Positions 1 to 9,600 of a stretch of 64,000 nucleotides of DNA are shown in pieces; within the stretch, counting starts at the first letter, position 1; each line of letters opens with the position of its first letter. Below the pieces are notes generated by a model. The model saw nothing but the letters and a program-made list of their open reading frames with translations. It was not told the origin of the DNA and made no database searches. Source of the DNA: Nitrospirales bacterium (lineage in GTDB: Bacteria > Nitrospirota > Nitrospiria > Nitrospirales > UBA8639); NCBI GenBank assembly GCA_965203295.1, contig CBDBCZ010000019.1, positions 1,472,001-1,536,000 on the forward strand. Direction: 5' to 3'. The translations under genes were made by a program, and so were the position numbers.

Positions 1-82
1 TCTCTAACTAAAATCTGTCAACTCTGTCTTGTCATACTAGGATGGCCTGAGACGAAATGAAGAGAGAAGTGAGAGGAAATTC

Positions 83-535
83 ATGAAACAAAAGAAACCG
101 AAAGAGTTTTTGCCATTCTTCCAGGCATTGGTGGGGATAGTGGCCGCGTTGGTCATCGCTGGATGCGGTGGGGTTCCTTCCTGGGTGGAGGAAGGGTCTG
201 GTGTTATGAATAAAGATGGTTCGAAAGCGATCTATGGAGTTGGGTCTGTGATCGGAGTGAATAACGAACCATTAGCCTGGGAAACGGCTGAAAATCGGTC
301 ACGTGCACAACTGGCAAAAAGTTTTGAAACCTATACGGCCTATTTAATGCGTGATTACGCAACTTCGACTAGTGCGGCAGATTTTTCCAAGTCAACAGAG
401 GAACAAAACGTCGAACGAGCCATTAAAACGTTTACGGCAGTGACCTTACATGGAGTTCGACCCGTGGGCCGATACAAAGATGAAGAAAAGAATGCCTACT
501 ATGTCTTAACCAAAGTGGTAAAGTGGCATTCATAG
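83..535 (+). pseudogene. LPP20-family lipoprotein, C-terminally truncated by a deletion that joins it to the next gene
   Basis: Lipobox VIAGC, PSWV motif, 'AWETAENRSRAQLAK' typical of LPP20 proteins; the frame ends abruptly (YYVLTK|VVKWHS) where LpoB-like sequence starts. Confidence 0.6.
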
Positions 536-807
536 CCGGCAGGGATGAACGGAATGAAGTGCGGGAGGAGCGCAGGGATCAGGCCGTGCATGCCCGTGAG
601 GATTCTCAAAAAGCTCCTGGTCGAGAAACCGGAGCTGATTTTCTGATGAAAGGACAAATCTCCACGATTCAGGATGAGGCGGATGGTGTCAAAACAGTGT
701 TCTATCAGGTAGATTTGGAATTAGTGAGTCTTGAAGATAACGTCAAGTCCTGGTATGGACAACATAAGATTAAAAAAGTCATTGAACGCAAGAGTCTACT
801 TTTTTAA
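514..807 (+). pseudogene. C-terminal half of an LpoB/CsgG-like lipoprotein (N-terminus deleted)
   Basis: In-frame SGKVAFIAG..EVREERRDQ..GADFLMKGQISTIQD..FYQVDLELV..W.GQHKIKK; no signal peptide or lipobox upstream. Confidence 0.6.
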
Positions 808-918
808 GACCAATGAGTGCCGGTGTGTGGCTCGCAGATTGGTGAATGTCCCTCCCTACGGTTTCTTTTTTTCTTTCCTTCCATAAAGATCTTTCGATTG
901 TGTTTCCCTGAACGTCGA

Positions 919-2364
919 GTGGACCAACTGCGATATTGGTTGGTCTTGATGCTTGGGGCTTTTTCCGTTTTCATTGGTGGTTGTGGCGGACCCGCTCAAC
1001 ATTATCGAGATGTGGAGCAGAACCTTCGGGCCAGTCATCTCGATAGAGCAGATCAGATTATCGCAGACGCTGAAGAGGACTATGGCTCAAAGAGCCGATT
1101 ATTGTATTTGATGGACAGAGGGATGACTCTTCATGTGGCTCATCGATATCAGGAGAGTAATCAACTATTGGAAGAGGCCGATCAATTGGCTGAAGAACTC
1201 TATACCAGCCGCATTCGAAGTGAATTTTCCGCCTTACTGATCAACGAAACACAAAAACCTTTTAAGGGAGAGCCGTATGAACAGGTGATGATCAATGTCT
1301 TGAAGGCATTGAATTATGCTTCCATGGGTGAGATGCAAGAGTCTCTTGTGGAAGTCAGGCGGATTGACCATCGATTAAATGTTCTGATGGATTCGGTTGA
1401 GTCGGAAGACTACCATGAGGACCCTTTTGCCCGTTATCTCACAGGGATATTGTATGAAGGTGCTGGTGATCTCAATAATGCGTACGTGGCCTACAGAAAG
1501 TCGTATCAGGCCTATCGTGATTCCCAGAACTGGGTTGGTGTGAATGTGCCACCAAGTTTAAAGGCCGATCTTTTGCGAATCACCGATAGACTTCATCTCA
1601 CTGATGAACATACAGCTTACAGCCGGGCTTTCTTCGAGCAATCTTGGGACCAACCGAAGTTGAATGAGCGATTGGCCCATCTTGTCGTGTTTGGTTTACA
1701 TGGCAGCGCCCCTCGTTTGGAGGATATTTTTATCGATGTTCCAGTCAGCCGCGAGGCCTTAAATGTTGTTAGGCTAACACAATTTCTTCGTCGTCGTAGT
1801 ATCCGGGGGACAAGAGGGATTAATTCGTTATCGTATGGATTGATGGGACATAAGGTTCGGGTAGCTGTCCCCCGATTGGTTGCTGAAAAATCTCAAATGG
1901 CAGCCTTACGACTTCAACTCATCGGCACGAATGGGGCTCATCGTGGGAAAACGCTCTTGGTTCAAAACCTTTCAGCGACAGCTCAGAAAAACTTGGATGA
2001 CCAATATGCAAGTATCGTAACCACCGCAGTGGCGCGTGCTGTGACGAAAATGGCTGTTGCTGAGGGTATGGGATTCGGGGCCAGTGCATCTATACAAGGT
2101 AACGAAACCGGACACCTTGTGGGTGCAATCGTGGCCGCTATTGCGAGAGTATTTGCTGTTGAGACTGAGGAAGTTGATAAGCGAAGCTGGCGGACCTTGC
2201 CAGATGAGATTCATCTTGGGCGATTCAGCGTTTCTGCGAGCACCTATACAGTTCGCTTCGAACCTCTTGACCGGCACGGACGCAACTTGGGATCTGGATC
2301 TGAATATACAGTGACCTTGAATGAAGGTCAGTTTCATTTTGTGACTGAACGTATCTTGTTTTGA
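919..2364 (+). CDS. COG3014-like TPR-type lipoprotein
   Basis: Lipobox FIGGC; GEPYEQVMIN..KALNY and DKRSWRTLP motifs; start placed at GTG 919 (ORF track starts at 817). Confidence 0.7.
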   Translation: MDQLRYWLVLMLGAFSVFIGGCGGPAQHYRDVEQNLRASHLDRADQIIADAEEDYGSKSRLLYLMDRGMTLHVAHRYQESNQLLEEADQLAEELYTSRIRSEFSALLINETQKPFKGEPYEQVMINVLKALNYASMGEMQESLVEVRRIDHRLNVLMDSVESEDYHEDPFARYLTGILYEGAGDLNNAYVAYRKSYQAYRDSQNWVGVNVPPSLKADLLRITDRLHLTDEHTAYSRAFFEQSWDQPKLNERLAHLVVFGLHGSAPRLEDIFIDVPVSREALNVVRLTQFLRRRSIRGTRGINSLSYGLMGHKVRVAVPRLVAEKSQMAALRLQLIGTNGAHRGKTLLVQNLSATAQKNLDDQYASIVTTAVARAVTKMAVAEGMGFGASASIQGNETGHLVGAIVAAIARVFAVETEEVDKRSWRTLPDEIHLGRFSVSASTYTVRFEPLDRHGRNLGSGSEYTVTLNEGQFHFVTERILF

Positions 2365-2374
2365 CCATATACTT

Positions 2375-3502
2375 ATGAACCACTCACAATACATTCGTCT
2401 TATGATTAGGCTGGCATTGATTGTTCTTCTGATGCCGGGATGTTCAATGTTTCAGGGGCCAGATCGTCCTACATGGATAAATGGAACGAGTTCGGATTAT
2501 CCAGTAGGGCAATATTTATTGGCAGTTGGAGAAGGGAGCTCTTCGTCGCTTGCTGAAGAGAGGGCTTATGCAGGTATTGCGAAGATCTTTAAGGCCGAAA
2601 TTAAAGCTGAGATGCGGGATTGGGAGATCTATTGGATCCACCAGCAAGGCGATCAAGAACGAACCGGCCGGGATTTATCCTTGGAGCACCTTACGAAAGT
2701 CAGTACTGACAGGACTTTAGAAAATGTTCGAATTTTAGATCGGTGGGCAGACTTCCAAAAGGGAATCTATTATGCTTTGGCTGGAATTGATCGGAAACGA
2801 GGCGAGCAAATCATCTTAGATCGGATCAGTCAATATGATGGACAGGTTCACCAAGATGTTCAACGAGCTCATGAGACCTCTGACGTCCTTGAGCGTGTCG
2901 CTTTACTGAGGCGAGGCATGAAAACTCTAATATTACGAGAGGCCGTGAATACCGATCTTCAGGTTATTCGCGAAAGCGGGAAAGGTGTGCCGGCATTGTA
3001 CCAAGTAAAATCCATCGGAGACGAGTTGATGAAAGTGATGGCAGAGTCCATCGTGATTCTCGTTGAGGTGCAGGGTCAACAATCCTCAGAAGTACGAGTC
3101 GCTATTGTGGAAGGGCTGAGAAGGCAAGGATTTCAAGTGATCGGTGATCCAAGGGGAGTCAGCAAGGCTGCAGCACTGACTTCAAGAGCTGATCAGGCGG
3201 CAGTGGAATTACATGTGAAAGGTCATGTGAGACTTTGGGAGGTCGACCTGCTAGATCCGCTCTTTTCTTATGTTCGTTGGTGTGGGGAATTTCGAGTTAT
3301 GGAGAAAAGTTCTTAACGAGTCATCGGAGTGGTAGCAGATTCTGGAAAAGAAGGACATGCGACGAAAAAAGCTGCTTGGGGAAGAGCGTCTCGATCCATG
3401 CAGAAAAGCGTAGCCTCGAAAATTCCAGCGACTTTGTCCACGTATATCTTTGGTGAGGGGGAAGGCCTCGGGCTTGAGTCGGCTGTCGCTTGTCGAGAAT
3501 GA
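2375..3502 (+). pseudogene. LPP20-family lipoprotein with in-frame TAA at 3314-3316
   Basis: Lipobox MPGC, RPTWING, AEERAYAGIAKIF; the frame continues after the TAA as RVIGVVADSGKEGH...CRE to TGA 3500-3502. Confidence 0.65.
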
Positions 3503-3523
3503 GGCAGTTGCACTGTCTCTCAC

Positions 3524-4033
3524 TTACCGAGGACATTCAAAATCTTCACCCAGTTCTGTCAAGGTTTGGATCCACTCAGTTGATTGAATACGATAAACCG
3601 CTTCTTGCTCGGAAGGAGGAGAAGATTGAGAAAGAAAGGCCTGGGCTTGGTGAGCGTGTTTTGTGCCGAGCGCAATGGAATGACAAATGCCGGATGAGGC
3701 GGGGATGTGGTTGCCACTTCGCTGAAAAAGCGCAACAGCTCGATAGGCCTGCTCTTGAGCTCGGAATAAGTGTGTCGCCCCCTTGTACCAATTTGTCGTT
3801 CGTGTTTTGGCCTGCTGAGTTGCAAGAATAGATGCGGTAAGAGCAGCTTTCCCGCTGTTATTTGCGGCTTCTTCTGCATCTCCGGCTGCGATAGACTCTT
3901 CGGCAAGGTGCTCGAGCCGTTGTAGTTTTTCCACGTTTTCTAAACCCTGACCGTATCCTACTCCTCCACTCATCACAATCAAGGTACAGGCCAAGAGATG
4001 ACGTTTCATCTTGCAGCTCATTCCTTTAATCAC
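3524..4033 (-). CDS. Hypothetical exported helical protein
   Basis: 169-aa ORF, GGAGG RBS just upstream, signal-peptide-like N-terminus. Confidence 0.6.
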   Translation of the reverse strand: MIKGMSCKMKRHLLACTLIVMSGGVGYGQGLENVEKLQRLEHLAEESIAAGDAEEAANNSGKAALTASILATQQAKTRTTNWYKGATHLFRAQEQAYRAVALFQRSGNHIPASSGICHSIALGTKHAHQAQAFLSQSSPPSEQEAVYRIQSTEWIQTLTELGEDFECPR

Positions 4034-4070
4034 GAGGCCTCCGTCATTTACATGCCAGCATCAATTTCAT

Positions 4071-4175
4071 AAAAATAGCGTAGGATACCCCTCAGCTTGC
4101 TGAGGGGAGGAATGCGCCAATTTGTTTAAAATAACACCTTTAAAGATGCCTCCAGCTTGCTGGGGGGAGATTCAC
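4071..4175 (+). mobile_element. Non-autonomous IS200/IS605-family miniature element (two subterminal hairpins, no transposase)
   Basis: Hairpin CCCCTCAG-CTTG-CTGAGGGG (4088-4107) followed by AGGAAT; hairpin CCTCCAG-CTTG-CTGGGGG (from 4149) followed by GAGATTCAC ending at 4175; left boundary approximate. Confidence 0.7.
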
Positions 4176-4320
4176 TTCTCTCTCTAGGAAGTGAACTCGA
4201 AAATGAGGAGGAGATGGGACAGATTCTTGGAGGCAGTATAGACCTGGATGGATGAAGACAGGGTAGAAACGTGGTCAACACCCTGCCCCCATACGCACTT
4301 GGAGAACTGATACACGTGGG

Positions 4321-5424
4321 TCACATGATTTGATAGTCGAGGTCAATCATCTTCGTCGCCACATTGGCTGCATCTCGAAGTTCTTTCATTTCGGGTGACG
4401 TATCACGAATGAGCCAAATTTTGACATTTAATTCTTCAATCGGCTCTACGTACATATCGTTCCGCAGTTTCCCGATTGCCCATACCACTTCTGTGAGGAT
4501 TGGAAAGTCGATGTCTTCAGAGGAGTTCATGTTTTTGAGTGCGGCGAGCAAATATTCTAACAGTGGCTCGTTTGTAGCAGGATCTCCAGTGTTGGCAGCA
4601 ACAATTCCCAATCCTTTGGCAGCGGCGGCTTTCACTTTTGAATTTGGGTGCTTCAGCAAGAGGTCAGCCAATATTGGAACGGATGGTCTTCCCAGTCCAC
4701 CTAACGCGAGAATAGCCGGTTCGGTATACTCTTCATCATTAATGAGTTCCTTCAAGTAGGGGAGGGCTTCCGGTGTTTGATGTTCGGATAAGATCGTAAG
4801 GATTCGTAGTTTTGTCGCCTTGGAGGTCTTCGGATCCTTTAACAAATGAAGAAAACGTGGAATTTGCTGCCATTCGGTAGTAATCAAGATGGGGAAATCA
4901 AATTCTTGCATTTTGATTTTTAATTGGCTGAGCGCATAAGCTCCCGAGTCTAGAACATTGGCTTTTTGTGCCCCGTCGATCGCATCGACGAAGTCTGTGC
5001 GTACTTCTTTATACCAACCCAAATCTCTCCCTTCGATACGATAACTAAATAAACATGCTGGCCCATTCCACAGTCGTGCTGGAGCATCAGCGAGTTCGGC
5101 GTCCCCGCCTCTGTTTGTCGTTCCGATCCAACGTTTTCGTTCTTCACATTTGACACGAAACCGGACATCGTGTGGTTGATTTCGGTCGGTGACTACGGTG
5201 TATTTCAATTCCTCAAGTCTTGACTTGACCACAGCGACCAATTCATCAGATGGCACGCGTCCATCTTCTGTCAGTGCGAGGACACTCACGTGAACCGTTT
5301 GAATTTTCTTCAATAAAGTTTTTTGTTCAGGAGTTATATGCGCGCGGCGTGCAACGCTATCTGTGGCGAAGGTCATCAAAAAAATAAGAACGAACAAGAA
5401 AATTCCTTTCTGATTTTTCATCAT
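4321..5424 (-). CDS. Exported HEAT-repeat protein (paralogue 1, intact)
   Basis: Signal peptide, GGAGG RBS, HEAT-like segments (AILALGGLG, KAAAAKGLG, VVWAIGKL). Confidence 0.75.
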   Translation of the reverse strand: MMKNQKGIFLFVLIFLMTFATDSVARRAHITPEQKTLLKKIQTVHVSVLALTEDGRVPSDELVAVVKSRLEELKYTVVTDRNQPHDVRFRVKCEERKRWIGTTNRGGDAELADAPARLWNGPACLFSYRIEGRDLGWYKEVRTDFVDAIDGAQKANVLDSGAYALSQLKIKMQEFDFPILITTEWQQIPRFLHLLKDPKTSKATKLRILTILSEHQTPEALPYLKELINDEEYTEPAILALGGLGRPSVPILADLLLKHPNSKVKAAAAKGLGIVAANTGDPATNEPLLEYLLAALKNMNSSEDIDFPILTEVVWAIGKLRNDMYVEPIEELNVKIWLIRDTSPEMKELRDAANVATKMIDLDYQIM

Positions 5425-5587
5425 CAGGCCTCCTGAGGGGTGTTCGATACGATTGCGCGTAATGGTCGTATTATTTAAGAAAGATTAAAACATGAAACGT
5501 GGTTCTTGTGAATGCCTAGCTGGTTGCTCAACGTCTCTTTTGGGGTCCTGCCGTCTCAAACTGATGACCCAACTATCTCGTGGATGA

Positions 5588-6683
5588 TTACGTTGCGAAT
5601 TGAGTGAGATCGAGCTGTTTATAGCTTCAATTCGCGGCCTCTCGAAGTTCCTTCATTTCAGGTGAATTGTCGTAAATCAACCATATTTTTTCATTGAGTT
5701 CGGCCATAGGTTCAATAGAACCATCGTCCAATAATTTTCCCAAAGCCCAAACAACCTGAGTCAGAACTGGAAAATTGATATCCTCCGAAGTCTTCAGATT
5801 CTTCAGTGTATTCTTGAGATAGGCTTGGAGGGGGGGGAAGGGCATTGGGATCCCCACTTCTCCCAGCCACGTCTCCTAAAGCTTTCGCAGCAGCAGCTCG
5901 AATTTCATCTTGTTGAGAAGTTTGGAATAAGTCAATAAGCACGGGAATAGAATCCGGGCCAACGCCGGCAAGGGCCACGATGGCTTCCTGGCTCAGATCC
6001 TTTTCTTTCATGATTTCTGTTAAATGGGGTAATGCCTCATCGGCTTGGAGTTCATGTAATACGGAGAGGATCTTGAGCTTTCGCAGCTTGGGAGTGTTAG
6101 GGGAATCCAACAGTTTCAGAAGTCGGTCAGCTTGTCCCCATTCAGTCGTGATCAAGACAGGGAAATCATACACGGTGACACGCTGAGCCAATTGCTCGAG
6201 AGCGTAGGACCCTGAATTTTCAGCCCCTGCGATCTTGGCGGCTCCAATCGCATCTTCAAAAGGTGTTCGGACTTCTTTGTACCAGCCGAGATTTTTCTCA
6301 TTCAGAAAATACGTAAAGAGACAAGCAGGTCCTTTCCAGAGCCGAACAGGGGCATCAGATAACTCAGCATCGCCTCCCAAAGGCGTTGTTCCTGTCCAGG
6401 TTTTGCGTTCCTCGCACTTGACTTTGAATTGGACATCGTGTGGTTCAGTTCGGTCAGTCACAATGGTGAAGCCAATGGCCTTCAACCGTTCTGTCACTAT
6501 TGTTTGAATGGGCGCGGCATCGGTCCGACCATCTTCAGTCAGAGCAATTGTCGTGACAAATACCACCTGGGCCTTTTCCAGTTGAGTTCTCTGTTCCGGA
6601 GTGACATGGGTGCGTCTGGTTTGCCTTTCTGAAGTCAGAAACAGCAGCGTTGTCAAAGTGAGGAAGAAAACCCAGGCCTTCAT
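5588..6683 (-). pseudogene. Exported HEAT-repeat protein (paralogue 2), frameshift plus nonsense codon
   Basis: Collinear with 4321-5424; frameshift in G8 run 5830-5837; TGA at 5627-5629 then SYKQLDLTQFAT to TAA 5588-5590. Confidence 0.75.
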
Positions 6684-6970
6684 AAGCACATCCTTCACTT
6701 TTTGGGATTATCTAGATTCGGTGAGGGAAACTTCTACTCTTCTTGCATCGAATTTAGAGAAGAATTTGATTGAAACAAGCTGTCCCTTCAAGCAAACGTA
6801 TCACTCGACTCTGTTTAATCACACATTTATTAAAAACAATATACTCTTCCACGTAAATTCACAGCAACCCTACACCTCCTTGGAATTTCCAAAACTCTAG
6901 GCTTTCAGGCCTCAAAAAGAATTTTTGTAATAAGTTGAACGCCTTATTTATGCACGATATACTTCCCGCT

Positions 6971-7846
6971 ATGTTGGAAAATAAAAAAATTGCACTGATT
7001 GGAGCTGGGAACATGGCCGAGGCCTTGGTGTCGGGAATGCTTAAGAACGGTGTTGTGACCTCTGCCCAAATTTATGCCACGGATAATAGCCCCGCCCGAC
7101 TCGAAATTTTCAAGAAACTATATCACGTGCATGTCAGCCCTGATAATCAAAAATCATGTGACTGGGGCGATGTCATTATTCTAGCCATAAAACCTCAAGT
7201 TTTTGATGATATTGCATCGCGGTTATCTTTAAAAAATAAGAGGAATTACCTCATAGTATCGGTCATGGCAGGTATGCCTATTTCTAGGATATTAAATTAC
7301 TTTCCCTCAAAAACGGCTGTCCTTCGCGCTATGCCCAATACTCCAGCCAACGTTCTTGAAGGGGCAACTGCTATTGCAGGCAGTCCCAATCTATCCGAGA
7401 AGGATTTTCAAATCGGGGAGAGTATTTTTCGCTCAGTCGGGAAGGTTGTCAGGGTTGATGAAACGCTCATGGACACGGTAACCGGGTTGAGCGGTGGTGG
7501 CCCTGCCTATATTTTTGTCATGATAGAAGCCCTGACCGACGGGGGTGTAAAAATGGGGCTCTCTAGGTCCGTGGCTCAACTTTTAGCTGCCCAAACCGTA
7601 TTAGGCGCAGCAAAAATGGTCCTCCAGAGTGAAGTGCACCCTGGCCTTTTAAAGGACCAGGTGGCCTCCCCTGGTGGAACGACCATTGCTGGACTTCACG
7701 AACTCGAAAAGGGAGGAGTTCGGTCTGCCTTGATGAATGCGGTTCAAGCGGCCAGTCACAGATCAAGGGAGTTAGAAGAGCAGGGCCCTGGCAATGGGAA
7801 GAAGAGCGCTCAAAGACAGGTAAAAAAAGGACAGCCTCGCGATTAA
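6971..7846 (+). CDS. proC: Pyrroline-5-carboxylate reductase
   Basis: IGAGNMA, RAMPNTP, GLSGGGPAY, VASPGGTTIAGL motifs. Confidence 0.95.
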   Translation: MLENKKIALIGAGNMAEALVSGMLKNGVVTSAQIYATDNSPARLEIFKKLYHVHVSPDNQKSCDWGDVIILAIKPQVFDDIASRLSLKNKRNYLIVSVMAGMPISRILNYFPSKTAVLRAMPNTPANVLEGATAIAGSPNLSEKDFQIGESIFRSVGKVVRVDETLMDTVTGLSGGGPAYIFVMIEALTDGGVKMGLSRSVAQLLAAQTVLGAAKMVLQSEVHPGLLKDQVASPGGTTIAGLHELEKGGVRSALMNAVQAASHRSRELEEQGPGNGKKSAQRQVKKGQPRD

Positions 7847-7894
7847 ATTCGTTAGGACACCACTCAGGAAACCAACGGCTGAAAGGAGTAAATC

Positions 7895-8083
7895 GTGCAG
7901 TATTGGGTAAAAGTCACGTTTGTCGACAATCAGGAATTGATCATTAACGATGCCGTCAGGCACACGCTTAGTGATGATATGGAAATTCTGGAAATTGATA
8001 CTCATCAAGAGGTCACCATCATTCCATTTAAACAGATTAAGTTCTTTTCTTGTGATGCCAAGCCTTTTTCCGGCAAGAATTGA
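7895..8083 (+). CDS. Small hypothetical protein (62 aa)
   Basis: AAGGAG RBS upstream of GTG; protein-like beta-rich composition. Confidence 0.65.
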   Translation: MQYWVKVTFVDNQELIINDAVRHTLSDDMEILEIDTHQEVTIIPFKQIKFFSCDAKPFSGKN

Positions 8084-8298
8084 TGACAAAACGGGATTTT
8101 TGCACAAAAAGGTCGATTTTTCTTATGAGTGGTTTTTCAGTGTTTTGGTGCTCCTCATACTTCCATTCGAATTGAAGGTAGAGTTAGCCGATTGAGTCAA
8201 AGATGGAAAAAATCAAAGATGAAAGTGTATAATTTTTTGAGCATTTCTGTGATGGTCGATGGGAAAAACCATTAAGTGAGTCTATGAAAGGATAGGCT

Positions 8299-8661
8299 AT
8301 GGAGCGTCGAGTGACTTCCCATACGGAAGAAGAGGAAATGAACCAAAGAAGAAGGCTGCTCGTATTGGCCCGAAAGGGAGATGAAAAGGCTATAACCCGT
8401 CTATTGGACCTCTATCAGGTCCGAGTGTATAGCGGTGAACATTTACGTAAGTCAAAAATCTGGAAAATATCTAAAAAAACCACGCAAGATACCAAGAAAA
8501 CTCCCCCAAAAACTCTCAAGAAGACCAAGGTTTCCAAAACGACCAGAACCCCCCCTTGGCGGAGCCCTCATGCAGCGAGTACCACCCATAAGAAAAAAAG
8601 TGCCAAAAGAAAAATTTTAGGGAAAGCCTCTAAATCCAAAAAATCTCAGAAGCGCCGATAG
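8299..8661 (+). CDS. Hypothetical protein with Lys/Arg-rich C-terminal tail
   Basis: AAGGA RBS; short helical N-terminus followed by a highly basic tail. Confidence 0.6.
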   Translation: MERRVTSHTEEEEMNQRRRLLVLARKGDEKAITRLLDLYQVRVYSGEHLRKSKIWKISKKTTQDTKKTPPKTLKKTKVSKTTRTPPWRSPHAASTTHKKKSAKRKILGKASKSKKSQKRR

Positions 8662-8748
8662 CGTATCCCTTGATATCGGTTCTCTATTCCACAGAAAAGC
8701 ATAGGAAATTGTTGATGAATGGAAGCTTTGTGGAGGATCAATAAAAAA

Positions 8749-9048
8749 TTATTGGACTTCGACCTTGAGTCCCCCGGCCGCTAGTTGACGGGCAATACTG
8801 TCAGCGATCTTTCGCTCCCCGATAAAAACTTCTGCACTTCCTTGATGGTCAATACGCCAGGCTAACTCAAAAGCCTTGGTAGGGTTCATGCCAAGAATAA
8901 TCCGGCAAAATAAGTCGATAACTTGTTGGTAGGTATGGCAGTCGCAATTGTAAACGATGACTTTCGCCTCCCAATCCCTTCCCGTGGTATAGGCAGTATC
9001 TTCTTCGGTTATTTCTTTGACTTCGACAATTTGAGCGGCTTTTCCCAT
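8749..9048 (-). CDS. clpS: ATP-dependent Clp protease adaptor ClpS-like
   Basis: KVIVYNCDCHTYQQVI..AFELAWRIDHQGSAEV matches ClpS; GGAGA-like RBS upstream of ATG 9048. Confidence 0.8.
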   Translation of the reverse strand: MGKAAQIVEVKEITEEDTAYTTGRDWEAKVIVYNCDCHTYQQVIDLFCRIILGMNPTKAFELAWRIDHQGSAEVFIGERKIADSIARQLAAGGLKVEVQ

Positions 9049-9171
9049 TGCAGTCCGTCTCTCTAAAATGGGCAAAAAGAGAAAATCGTGTTATGCTTTT
9101 TTCTTAGATGGCCTAGTGAATCTAGTATATTCAATCATTCTTGTCAAAAACAGGTTTATGAAGGACTGCAT

Positions 9172-9409
9172 TTTGGACAGCATCTTGCCTTCACAAGAGC
9201 TTGAGATTCCGCCATACCGGTTCAAAAGCCATTCTGGAGCCCCATTTAGTGAAGGAAAACCCATTTCGTGACACCTGGGATTCGTTTTTTCCTAATTTGG
9301 ACAGCAGGAGCTTGTCCAGGAGGCTTCATTAGTTTAACGGAGAAGTGGTTTACTTAAATTTCAAATAGTTAGAACTGAAAAATTGGCCTTTTCAGTCTAA
9401 TTTGGACAG
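9172..9409. repeat. Three copies of TTTGGACAG in the clpS/epimerase divergent intergenic region
   Basis: TTTGGACAG at 9172, CTAATTTGGACAG at 9292 and 9397; the middle copy forms TGGACA-N9-TGTCCA (9298-9318). Confidence 0.55.
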
Positions 9410-9600
9410 TAATGATATTCAATATGAAATTGCTGTTCCAATTGTTTCTTGTCAGACATCCCGTTCCTTGAATTCGTTGTTAAGGGTAATTGAGGGCTTG
9501 GAGTGTAAGATTATTTTATACCACTCAGGAAAGGCATAAAGGATTCCGTACTTGAGAGCTCCCGATTCATGTGTATGGATAAGGGAAGGGGGAAATAAAC

